A DNA stretch of 64,000 nucleotides from Desulfatiglandales bacterium (lineage in GTDB: Bacteria > Desulfobacterota > DSM-4660 > Desulfatiglandales > HGW-15): assembly GCA_963667015.2 (NCBI GenBank), contig CAXXJJ010000004.1, positions 1,472,001 through 1,536,000 of the forward strand, in the 5' to 3' direction. A program made the translations under genes and the position numbers. Under the pieces are notes generated by a model. The model saw only the letters and a program-made list of their open reading frames with translations. It was not told the DNA's origin and did not search any database. Numbering within the stretch: the stretch's first letter is position 1; each line of letters begins with the position of its first letter. Shown here in pieces: positions 32,242 through 41,487 of the stretch.

Positions 32242-32808
32242 TCAGCCTCAGCCTTTAGAGGATTTAAGCTTTGTTGCCGTATATAAAATACTCAGGATTA
32301 ATATTGCCGCAGAAAAAATCACCAGCATGTCCCAGAAGCTTAAAAACAGCGCACCTGCAGCTCCGCCCAGAGCTGATAAGATGGGAAGTCATCATGGACA
32401 GAAAGCTGCCAGTAACGCCAGCAGAGAGCCGAAAAATCCTATCCCGCTCTCTTTGCCGGATTGTTTTGCTCCCAATACACGGATGCCGAACACAGACAGG
32501 GCCATTGATATCATCACCAGCATCGCCAGTAAAAACCCTGACAACATATCCAAAGGCGTTGTATTCCATATGATCCGTCCAAACAGTACATGAACACGAC
32601 CGCCTTTGCCCCCCAGAACCATGAATATAGCAAGATAGAAAAGGGCAATGATAATGCCGCTTATGAGAGCCTTTCTCTCTTTAAGGGCACTTTTAATAAC
32701 AGATAAAATCTGCCTGCGATCCCGAATAATATGCCATTTTTTTACAGCAACAGCTATAACAACTGCTGATAGTAACAGGGAAAAGATATTAATCAACATT
32801 GGCTCCAT
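32242..32808 (-). CDS. MerC/MerT-like membrane selenoprotein (C-P-U-U-L-P; C-terminal G-U-G)
   Basis: Frame continues through TGA TGA (32389-32394) into LPILSALGGAAGALFLSFWDMLVIFSAAILILSILYTATKLKSSKG, then TGA GGC TGA; hairpins at 32358-32375 and 32215-32231. Confidence 0.7.
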
Positions 32809-32881
32809 TTTATTTGCCGGTCCTTTCTTTATGCCGGAATTAATCTCTAGTCCTGAACCAGGACTATTCATCGGGCCCTTT

Positions 32882-33253
32882 TCAATCTCAGAAAAAATGC
32901 TTAAACAGGACCCCTCCCTCTCCTATTTTCACTCCTGCATCTATCAGGGTATTGCGGAGATCAACTCCTTTGTTTTCATTTTTAAGATGAAAAATCTGAC
33001 CATCAAAAGTCTGAGCTCTCAGGATGTTGGGCATTACATGCCACTGTATTTCCTTTATCTGACCTTTTTTAGCCATTGCGACCATATCATTCAGATTAAC
33101 TTCATGTCCCCAATCGACATGGCCGGAAGTATTTTCATTTTGAGGTTTGTCTTTAGCGGCAGTCTCTTCCGGTTTATCTCCGCAGGCTGCCAGCATAAAA
33201 AGGGTCTGGAAGAGTATTAAAAAAAACAGTTGTGCAGGTCTTCTGGATATCAT
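32882..33253 (-). CDS. Small lipoprotein, possibly with penultimate Sec (F-F-U-D-stop)
   Basis: Lipobox LAAC; ends TGA GAT TGA followed by a perfect 8-bp hairpin at 32848-32866; ends at 32888 if there is no readthrough. Confidence 0.6.
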
Positions 33254-33341
33254 ATAGCCCCGCATAAGATTGAAAAACAACAATTTAAGAAATGCCTGAA
33301 ATATCTTTTGAGCAAAAAAGTATAGTTAAAAAACATTTATG

Positions 33342-34106
33342 TCAACTAATTTGGTCTTCATCATTGAATCCGAATATGGCGCACTGGATTATTCTGGTTG
33401 CTTCATTCATTTGTTCTGCGGTCATATATACGCCAGGCGTTCTGTGGTTTATATCTCGATATTCTCTTGCATGTTCTTCTGACCTGAAGAATACACACTC
33501 CATTCAGAATGAATCAATAATACCCTCGTTTCTGATGTTGGATAAACCTATATCAGGTATAAATATTAGAGGTTTGCAGTCATCATCATTAACTTTATAG
33601 TTAAGATCACTGTCAATTTCTATTTTCATTGGAGTGGAGCAGTGGGCACACACTGTGTCGATCTGTACCTTCAGGTATGTCTTCAGTAATTTCCCCTGCA
33701 CGAAGGGTGTCGCAAAAGCGTCTGCCGCTCAGGCGCCATATATTTTTTGGCCAGTGTCAAAAGTAATCTGATGGGGTGTTTTTGCGGCTGTGACAGGGTA
33801 TGCCCAGACAACTTCTCCCATTTCATTTCTGTACAGGAATGTCAGACGCTTTTCCAGATGATCCAGAGCATTATTAACACGATCAGCAGGAATACCAAGT
33901 TTCTCAGATATCAGTTCCGGAGATAAAGGTTTACCATTAACCGGAAGTTCTCTTACTACAAAATGATGTATCAGACGTTCTTCCCCGGAAAGGGCGCCAT
34001 TCTCTTTCTCAAAATTACTTTTTTCACGGGCGATATGTTTTTCCCACAAAAACGGTGGAACATTTATTATATGCCGCCACAGACCAAGCATGAGTTTATT
34101 TTTCAT
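33342..34106 (-). CDS. MerB-like organometallic lyase selenoprotein, 254 aa, two Sec
   Basis: N-terminal wHTH; AYP...TPH; IYGA-U-AAD (TGA 33729-33731); CAHC; IIDSF-U-MECVFFRSEEHA (TGA 33504-33506); all in one frame. Confidence 0.85.
33474..33491 (-). promoter_or_regulatory. Candidate bacterial SECIS element
   Basis: TTCTTC-AGGTCA-GAAGAA starting 12 nt after TGA 33504-33506; loop resembles the E. coli fdhF SECIS loop. Confidence 0.7.
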
Positions 34107-34195
34107 GGAATCTGTATGTCCCCCGTTTTAATGGTACTTTTTGAGTTTGACCTTGTTATTTAATAATATCTATTCACAGGTCCTTTGCAGTGACG

Positions 34196-35080
34196 CTACT
34201 CACAGATTGGTTCTTCAGGCCAGCCCATTGTTTTGTATTGCTTACTATAATCAAAGTAAGCCTGGATCCAGACCACCAGACCATTGTTGATCTTGAACAT
34301 ATGAAAGTCAGGCCATACATTATTAAAAAGTGCGTAGGCGACAACCATCCCTGTTTCCTCATCCACCAGGAATCTTCGGGGGCCGTGGGTTTCGGTCATG
34401 TCGGCAAAGCCCTCGGGTGAGCAGTCATATTTGGGCATTACCGAATCCTGGTTCATTCCCCCTCTTGTAGTTATCTTGCCGTTCTCCCAGCGATCACAGA
34501 ATCCTGAATAAGCCAGGTCAGACACTTTCCGCTTCTTCTCCTTGACGAACAGTTCAAAATAATCATCTGCAACTGCCATCATTGCCAGACGGGAGCTTCG
34601 CTGCTCCGGAGGAAGAATGCCTTCCCAGTCCTGGTCCTTTGTAGCCAGTATAGCTGGAACATCCAGGACCTGAGCTCCACGAACCACTATGGCTTCAATC
34701 TCTGAAATTTTATTTTCATCAACTTTAAGCCGCACTCCGTAGAGCACCGGCTTGGGATTATCCTTTTCATCCAATATGACCTGGGTATGGGTTCCGCATT
34801 TTTTCAGATCAGCCATCCCGCGTTTAAAGGTTACCTTGGTGGCGGTTTCCCATATTCCCTTTCCAACAGGTACTTCTATACCGTTTTCTGTATATCTGAC
34901 ATTGGAAGCCATCGGCACACTTGACGGATTATGTGCCTCAAGGGCTGCTAAATATTTATCTGTGATGTTTTTAAGGTTTTCGCGCGTACACTCTCCTGCC
35001 CGGGCAGCAGTTGTATTCAGTCCCACCCCTAAAGGCAGAATAAACACACCCAACAATATACTTCGTAATACTCTTTTCAT
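34196..35080 (-). CDS. Hypothetical secreted protein (two NTF2-like halves possible)
   Basis: Signal peptide; RYTENG and RWENG repeats. Confidence 0.7.
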   Translation of the reverse strand: MKRVLRSILLGVFILPLGVGLNTTAARAGECTRENLKNITDKYLAALEAHNPSSVPMASNVRYTENGIEVPVGKGIWETATKVTFKRGMADLKKCGTHTQVILDEKDNPKPVLYGVRLKVDENKISEIEAIVVRGAQVLDVPAILATKDQDWEGILPPEQRSSRLAMMAVADDYFELFVKEKKRKVSDLAYSGFCDRWENGKITTRGGMNQDSVMPKYDCSPEGFADMTETHGPRRFLVDEETGMVVAYALFNNVWPDFHMFKINNGLVVWIQAYFDYSKQYKTMGWPEEPICE

Positions 35081-35109
35081 ACCGGGACCCTCCTGATTAG
35101 TTTTAAAGT

Positions 35110-35146
35110 AAAAAAAAGGCTACGCAATTTATAACTGCGCAGCCTT
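35110..35146 (-). terminator. Intrinsic terminator
   Basis: AAGGCTGCGCAG-TTATAAA-TTGCGTAGCCTTTTTTTT after gene 35165-35545. Confidence 0.7.
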
Positions 35147-35164
35147 GTTGGTAAGCTCTGTTAG

Positions 35165-35545
35165 CTACTTGGCTTTCTTAAGGATTATCGGAGGCATTCC
35201 ACCCATTCCTCCGCCGCCACCCATATCGCCCATGTCCATCTTCAGCTCTATTGTGTCGCCCTTTACTTCTCCATTAAACTTCATTGGCTGGCCCATACCT
35301 AAATCAATAGAATAGGAAAATTTGTTGCCGTCAATCTTTCCATCTTTAATGGACATGTCCTCTCCGTTCATGTCCTTTGTTGTTCCGGTAAGTGTTTTTC
35401 CGTCAGCCTTGAATGTATAACTGATTTTCATAGGCTCCCCACCACCCATACCTGCAACCTCTCCATTCCAGGTGCCGTCAATACCTGCTGCAAAAGCAAT
35501 ACCTGCTACAAACACGAATAAAACTGTAAGAATAAATGTTCTCAT
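35165..35545 (-). CDS. Secreted small beta-rich protein with Gly/Met-rich tail
   Basis: Signal peptide AFA; IDGTWNG...YTFKADGKTLTGT; paralog of 10080-10583. Confidence 0.8.
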   Translation of the reverse strand: MRTFILTVLFVFVAGIAFAAGIDGTWNGEVAGMGGGEPMKISYTFKADGKTLTGTTKDMNGEDMSIKDGKIDGNKFSYSIDLGMGQPMKFNGEVKGDTIELKMDMGDMGGGGGMGGMPPIILKKAK

Positions 35546-35612
35546 CTGAGTTCCCCCTTTTTATATTTAAAAAAGAATTTTAAAAGACAAGACTTTCGCA
35601 ACGAAGGCGCAA

Positions 35613-35642
35613 AGTATACGAATGGAAAGGCATGTGTGTCAA
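35613..35642 (-). promoter_or_regulatory. Sigma70 promoter
   Basis: TTGACA-N18-TATACT. Confidence 0.7.
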
Positions 35643-35753
35643 CAAAATTTTAATGCGCGATATGATATCAAGACCATATTTTAAATCCGGGTTCTAATGC
35701 TTTTTTTAACTCAATTTTTTTCACTGAATACTAATAAAATACCCATAATTTTC

Positions 35754-35782
35754 TTGACTTATAGAGGTATCCTACCTATAGT
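35754..35782 (+). promoter_or_regulatory. Sigma70 promoter with spacer palindrome
   Basis: TTGACT-N17-TATAGT; AGGTA-TCC-TACCT dyad in the spacer. Confidence 0.65.
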
Positions 35783-35878
35783 CCAACTTTGGAGTTTTGC
35801 CAACCAAACTATAAAAACCTTTTAAAAAAGTGTTTTTATAAGCTGTTATCAACAGAAATCAACGTTAACGGAGGATTT

Positions 35879-38551
35879 ATGTCGGTAGGAAAATCAAAAG
35901 GTAAAAAGAAAGTAAAAGTAAAAGAGCCAATGGCAAGTTATGCTGACAAGACAGTATACAAGGCTCTGGGTCTCAGCGGAGGGATCTTTGGTGCTGCTCC
36001 ATGTGCCATAGATGTAAAGAATGACAGAATTGTAAGGATAAGACCCCTTCACTATGACGCGAAGTATGATCCAAAAACATTCAATCCATGGCAGATCAAA
36101 AAGAACGGGAAGACCCTTGATCCAATGTACAAGGCCCTTCCATCTCCCTTCAGTCTTGCCTATAAAAAACGTGTTTATTCCCCAAACAGGATCAAATTTC
36201 CAATGAAGAGGGTTGACTGGGATCCAGATGGAGAACGCAACCCCCAGAACAGAGGGAAAAGCAAGTTTGTCAGGATTTCATGGGATGAAGCCACAACCCT
36301 CATCGCAAAAGAGATAAAAAGAATACACAAAAAATACGGCCCACTGGCTATCCTGATCCAGGGAGACGGCCACGGCGAGTGTATGTTTATCCATGCCACC
36401 CATGGTTCCTCATCACTGCTTCTGGATAAGATGGGCGGTTTTACCCAGCAGATCAGAAATCCCGACTCCTGGGAGGGCTGGTACTGGGGTTCAAAACATC
36501 AATGGGGCTCCGGTCTCATAGGAATGATGAATCCGGCCGACAATATCATTAAAGACATCACTGAACACACCAAGCTGATGCTGGTATGGGGTGGTGACCC
36601 CGAAACAACTCCATGGGGTTTCAGGGGACAGTTTGCCAGCAATATTATGAGGTTCTGGGGTGACATAGGTATGAAACAGGTCTATATATGTCCTGACCTG
36701 AACTATGCAGCAGCCATCCATGCAAACAAATGGATACCCGTACTTCCCAATACTGATGCGGCCCTGCAGCTTGCCATCATCTACACGTGGATAAAAGAAG
36801 GCACCTATGACAAGAAATATGTTGAAACCCATACAATCGGTTTTGACAAGGTTAAGGCCTATGTAATGGGAGAAGAAGACGGCGAGCCCAAGACACCCGA
36901 ATGGGCATCACCCAAGTGTGGAGTACCCGAATGGACAATTAAGGCCCTGGCAAGAGACTGGGCAAAGAAGACAACCACAATCGGTCACTACTTTGGCGGT
37001 GGTATGATCAGAGGCCCGCTCGCTCATGAACCTGCAAGATTTGAGGTTATCCTCCTTGGAATGCAGGGACTTGGAAAACCAGGTGTTCACCAGGCACAGA
37101 TTGCCTATCAGGGAATGCCCAGGAATATCGTATCCAAGAAGACTGGAAGCCATATGGGTATGTTTGAACGTCTCAAGAGCTCCAAATACGGAGACAGGCT
37201 GTTGAAACCACACAGTATCACACCGACAGCATGGGGTAAACAGATGATCCCCAAGACACTCATAGAAAAGGCTGTCAATGAAGGCAAGGTCGATTTCTGG
37301 GGCACAGGCGGACATGAAGTACCCACATCTGACCAGTTTGTTAAATACTCATATCCGATACCAAAAAAAGACGGCGGTACCGAGATTCATATGATATGGA
37401 CCGATACACCCTGCCGTATCACATGCTGGAACTGCGGTAACGATGTTATTGAAACATCAAGAAATCCCAAGATAGAGTTCATCCTTGCCCAGCATCCCTG
37501 GCTGGAGAATGACTGTCTGTATGCAGATATAGTCCTGCCTATCAAGACCATCATAGAGACAGACGACATTTCACCGTGCGTAAGGGACGGGGACAGCTTC
37601 CAGAGCCTTATTCGTATGAAACCAGCCATCAGCCCGATTGGTGAGGCAAAATCCAACTTTGAGGCAGTCTGCGCGATTGCCGAGAAACTGGGTATGCTTG
37701 ATGCGGTTACTGAAAAACGAACGAATGACCAGCTGGTAAAGGATGTTTTTAACGGCCTGGGCTTTGATGAGCATATAAGCTATGAGGAGTTTGAAGAGAA
37801 GGGTTATTATGTGCTGCCCGTTGCAGAGGACTGGGAAGATGACGTTGCCGGTCTATATGACTTTTACAAGGATCCCGAGAAAAATCCCCTGCCAACACCA
37901 TCAGGCAAGCTGGAGTTCTATTCCGAACGTATAGCGAAACACTTCCCCGACGACAAAGAACGCGGACCTTTCCCGAAATGGATAGAAAGAAGTGAAACCC
38001 ATGATGAGAGGATATCCAGTGAGAGGGCCAAACTGTATCCCATTCTTTTGATGTCCAACCACGGAAGGTGGAGGGTTCATTCACAGTGTGACGATATAAC
38101 CTGGACAAGAGAGGCCTATACCGGCAAGGTCAAAGGCTTTGACGGTTACAATTACGAGCCGGTCTGGATCAACCCTAATGATGCGGCTGAGCGCGGGATC
38201 AAGAACGGAGATATCGTTCATATCTTTAATGAAAGAGGCGGTGTACTCTGCGGAGCGAGGGTTTTTGAGAGGGTAAGACCAGGGGTTGTCTCTGTAGACC
38301 ACGGTGCCAGGGCAGATGGTATTGTACCCGGAAAACTGGACAGGGGCGGCGCCATCAATACGGTTACACCAGCCGGGCTGACCTCAAAACACTGCGCGGG
38401 ACAGGCCACGAGCGGTTTTCTTGTAAACTTTGAAAAGGTTACTCCGGAGCAGATGGGCAAATGGATGAGTGAATACCCTGATGCCTTCAACAGAGAATAT
38501 GATGCTGCTTCAGGTCTTAGATTTGACGCCTGGGTTGAAGGGAGGAAATAG
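35879..38551 (+). CDS. DMSO-reductase family Mo-bisPGD enzyme, pyrogallol transhydroxylase large-subunit-like
   Basis: Start moved to ATG 35879 behind GGAGG; DPDGERNPQNRG, RISWDEA, NPDSWEGWYWG (Ser ligand); no N-terminal FeS motif or Tat signal. Confidence 0.85.
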   Translation: MSVGKSKGKKKVKVKEPMASYADKTVYKALGLSGGIFGAAPCAIDVKNDRIVRIRPLHYDAKYDPKTFNPWQIKKNGKTLDPMYKALPSPFSLAYKKRVYSPNRIKFPMKRVDWDPDGERNPQNRGKSKFVRISWDEATTLIAKEIKRIHKKYGPLAILIQGDGHGECMFIHATHGSSSLLLDKMGGFTQQIRNPDSWEGWYWGSKHQWGSGLIGMMNPADNIIKDITEHTKLMLVWGGDPETTPWGFRGQFASNIMRFWGDIGMKQVYICPDLNYAAAIHANKWIPVLPNTDAALQLAIIYTWIKEGTYDKKYVETHTIGFDKVKAYVMGEEDGEPKTPEWASPKCGVPEWTIKALARDWAKKTTTIGHYFGGGMIRGPLAHEPARFEVILLGMQGLGKPGVHQAQIAYQGMPRNIVSKKTGSHMGMFERLKSSKYGDRLLKPHSITPTAWGKQMIPKTLIEKAVNEGKVDFWGTGGHEVPTSDQFVKYSYPIPKKDGGTEIHMIWTDTPCRITCWNCGNDVIETSRNPKIEFILAQHPWLENDCLYADIVLPIKTIIETDDISPCVRDGDSFQSLIRMKPAISPIGEAKSNFEAVCAIAEKLGMLDAVTEKRTNDQLVKDVFNGLGFDEHISYEEFEEKGYYVLPVAEDWEDDVAGLYDFYKDPEKNPLPTPSGKLEFYSERIAKHFPDDKERGPFPKWIERSETHDERISSERAKLYPILLMSNHGRWRVHSQCDDITWTREAYTGKVKGFDGYNYEPVWINPNDAAERGIKNGDIVHIFNERGGVLCGARVFERVRPGVVSVDHGARADGIVPGKLDRGGAINTVTPAGLTSKHCAGQATSGFLVNFEKVTPEQMGKWMSEYPDAFNREYDAASGLRFDAWVEGRK

Positions 38552-38553
38552 AT

Positions 38554-39384
38554 ATGTCAAAGTCAAAAAAAGTATTTGTAATAGATATTCATAAATGTAA
38601 CGGATGTCACGCCTGCCAGATCGTATGTAAAGATGAGCATGTGGGTAATGACTGGTCACCGATAGCAAAACCTCAGCCTGACTCAGGACAGTTCTGGATG
38701 GAACTTACCGAGCGTGTAAGGGGTACAGTGCCAAAGGTAAAGGTCGCCTATCGTCCTCACTTCTGCATGCATTGTGACGAAGCACCCTGTATGGAAGCCT
38801 GTCCGGTCGAAGGCGCCATGTACAAGAGAGATGACGGTCTGGTGATCATAGATTCTGAAAAGTGCTCCGGGTGCAGAAACTGTCTCGATGTATGTCCCTA
38901 CGATGTTATCTTCTACAACGATGACCTCAATCTGGCACAGAAATGTACAGGCTGCGCCCATCTCCTGGATGACGAGTGGGAAGTTCCAAGGTGTGTTGAT
39001 GCATGTCCTACAGAGGCCCTTCTGTTTATGGATGAAGATGAGGCAAAGAAGAAAAAGCTGTTATCCAAGGCCGAAGTATGGATGCCCGAGCTTAAGAAAA
39101 AACTGAAACCAAGGGTATACTACCTGAACCTGCCCGGAAAATTCATTGCGGGAACATTGTATGACCCGAAAAAGAAGGAAGTTATTATAGATGCCGAATG
39201 TATCCTGACCGATGAAAAGGGAAAAACAAAGACGGTCAAGACAGACAGCTATGGTGACTTCTGGTTCGAAGATCTGAAGGATGGTGTATACGATCTGGAT
39301 ATCAAGAACAGTAAGAAGAAAAAGGCCTTTAAAAAGATTGATGTCACTACAGAAGACGTCAATCTCGGGGATATCCCCATGTAA
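38554..39384 (+). CDS. FeS beta subunit, transhydroxylase small-subunit-like
   Basis: Four [4Fe-4S] Cys groups; KDEHVGNDW, KPRVYYLNL; C-terminal TDSYGDFWF beta domain. Confidence 0.88.
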   Translation: MSKSKKVFVIDIHKCNGCHACQIVCKDEHVGNDWSPIAKPQPDSGQFWMELTERVRGTVPKVKVAYRPHFCMHCDEAPCMEACPVEGAMYKRDDGLVIIDSEKCSGCRNCLDVCPYDVIFYNDDLNLAQKCTGCAHLLDDEWEVPRCVDACPTEALLFMDEDEAKKKKLLSKAEVWMPELKKKLKPRVYYLNLPGKFIAGTLYDPKKKEVIIDAECILTDEKGKTKTVKTDSYGDFWFEDLKDGVYDLDIKNSKKKKAFKKIDVTTEDVNLGDIPM

Positions 39385-39443
39385 CACTTTAATAGACTGA
39401 AAAGACAGGTTCCTTTCGGAGCCTGTTTGTATCAAACCCTATG

Positions 39444-39485
39444 ACGGCCCTGTTCGATCTTCATGAATTGAACGGGGCCGTTTTT
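39444..39485 (+). terminator. Intrinsic terminator
   Basis: ACGGCCCTGTTCGAT...ATTGAACGGGGCCGTTTTT. Confidence 0.7.
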
Positions 39486-39606
39486 GCTGGGCAAATAACA
39501 GGCATACCGGGATATTGTAAGCGGGTTAGACAACTGCCTATATTTTGGTTCTCTTTACATTAATATGCCTGCAACATGGCAGGTTTTCCTCAAGCACCCT
39601 TTCCCG

Positions 39607-40971
39607 TCACTTTGCTTCAGCCCTTTTTATCTTATTGGCCTTCATATATTCAGCGACCCTGTCTTCAGAAAGTGAGTAGAAAAGCATCAGAGAAAAGGCG
39701 ATGACACCACAGACAACCGGAATAAAACAGATAATATTCATCAGGCTGCTTATAAACTGATCGGTTGCCTCCATCCCTGCTTCATAGCCTATAAAGGCAA
39801 GACCTGCAGTGGCAACTGTTCCGGCAAGGGTGGTTCCTACCTTGGTTGGAAGGGTAAGCATGGACATTATAAATGCACTGGCATCCTTGCCTGTCCTATA
39901 ATAGCCATATTCGGCAGTATCCATAAACATTGCCTGCCTCAGGGGATAGAAGAGTCCGGCGCCAAGTTTTATCATACAGACGATGCCTATATAGACAACA
40001 GGGCCTGATGCCCCATATATTCTCAGGACCAGGTATCCGACAGCACTGTAGATTGCGGCAAGCAGGTATGTATTTTTCTTTCCTATTCTACCGGCTACTA
40101 TTGGACCAATGATTGTACTTGTAAAGGTAGCAATTCCAAGGGTCAGGGAATAGGCTGATATCCATGCCTCATTTTTTGATACGTACTTGAAATAATATAC
40201 CGCTAATGTCTGGATATTGAAGATGCCCAGATTTACTGCGCAATCCGCACACATCAGAATCATGAGATATTTATTTCCGAAAATCTGCATGACCATCTCA
40301 GGAACAGTCATGTTATGGGACGGCGTGACTTTTTTATCGGGGATGTAATCTTCATAGCCCTTTGTCTGATAAAAGAGATTCCAGTAGCCGAAGATCTGGA
40401 CGATCCCCAGAATTCCGGTTGTGTAGAAAAACCCCCATGTCGCGCTCTGCCTGCTGAAAAAAAGCAGCATGGGCACAACCGCCACGCTGAAAACCGCCTG
40501 GCTTGCCATGCCAAACTGCATGTTCCTGGAGGAGAGTCTCAGCCTGCCTTTCGAATCTGTTGACAACACCGAAATCATCCCCATATGGGCATTATAGGCA
40601 AAATTAAGGCTTATATTGGCAATTATATATACAGCGCTCAGGTAGACCATCTTTATGCCGTAGCTCAGAGGCAGATTCGTGAATGTAAGTGTAAAAAATA
40701 TACAGGTTGTCACGGGTATAAAGGTTAACCAGGACCTGAACCGCCCCCAGGGCATCCTGGTCTTTTGAATTATACCGCCTGAAAAGGGGATTGACACGGC
40801 ATCCACGATATGGGTGATGAACATGATGACAGCAACATGGCCGGCAGATATCAATGCAACATCAGTCAAAAAATTTGCATAATAGAACAGCCCGAGAAAC
40901 ATCATTAAGGTGAAGGTAAAATTGGCTAAACCGTAACTGTTGACAAGAAACCAGGGTACTCTTTTATCCAC
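39607..40971 (-). CDS. MFS/GPH sugar-glycoside:cation symporter
   Basis: About 12 TM helices; WGRFRSW; MFMDTAEYGYYRTG. Confidence 0.85.
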   Translation of the reverse strand: MDKRVPWFLVNSYGLANFTFTLMMFLGLFYYANFLTDVALISAGHVAVIMFITHIVDAVSIPFSGGIIQKTRMPWGRFRSWLTFIPVTTCIFFTLTFTNLPLSYGIKMVYLSAVYIIANISLNFAYNAHMGMISVLSTDSKGRLRLSSRNMQFGMASQAVFSVAVVPMLLFFSRQSATWGFFYTTGILGIVQIFGYWNLFYQTKGYEDYIPDKKVTPSHNMTVPEMVMQIFGNKYLMILMCADCAVNLGIFNIQTLAVYYFKYVSKNEAWISAYSLTLGIATFTSTIIGPIVAGRIGKKNTYLLAAIYSAVGYLVLRIYGASGPVVYIGIVCMIKLGAGLFYPLRQAMFMDTAEYGYYRTGKDASAFIMSMLTLPTKVGTTLAGTVATAGLAFIGYEAGMEATDQFISSLMNIICFIPVVCGVIAFSLMLFYSLSEDRVAEYMKANKIKRAEAK

Positions 40972-41412
40972 TTTATCTACCGCCTTTCAATCCGAAATTA
41001 TGAGTAGAGATATATGCTATGCCGGTATTAATCTACTCACTGCGGCCTTTCTAATGAAGATTTATCCAGGCAATCGGAGCATGATGATAAAACCGGTATA
41101 ATCCTGAATTCGAGCTGTACCTAATACTGATATATGAACATAATTAAGAGGAACTTCAATGGGATGTGATATTACCCTATAGAATAGCCTGTGTCAAAAT
41201 ATGTTTTATTGAATAGCAAGTCAGCCTAATGAAAAAAATCTGAATGGTATTTTATGATATATTTTGATTTTTAAGACCTCCTCCACACAAGATTAATGGC
41301 GAAAAAGGCCAATGGTTGGTACATTTCCCATCTTTTTGGTAAATCCACAATCCCCCATAAATAAAGCATTTCTTAAACCACTGATATTATTAGCTTATTT
41401 AACATAATTCAC

Positions 41413-41428
41413 TGGCATGATTTCTGCT
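41413..41428 (+). promoter_or_regulatory. Sigma54 promoter
   Basis: TGGCATGATTTCTGCT (GG-N10-GC), with upstream TGG-N-CCA dyads near 41297-41350. Confidence 0.65.
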
Positions 41429-41487
41429 ATTAGTGATTATAAAAAACAGGCTGAAAACAAAAAAGCCTGCTTCAAAAGGGAGGAAAC

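Noticed and set aside
32234..33220. Plus-strand ORFs 32234-32593, 32271-32573, 32648-33220 and minus-strand ORF 32264-32569
   Set aside because: These are alternative frames of the minus-strand membrane protein and lipoprotein genes. TGA readthrough explains the region better.
33286..33344. Further readthrough of the MerB-like gene at TGA 33342-33344
   Set aside because: The MerB-like domain is already complete, no convincing hairpin follows, and the extension is AT-rich and intergenic-like.
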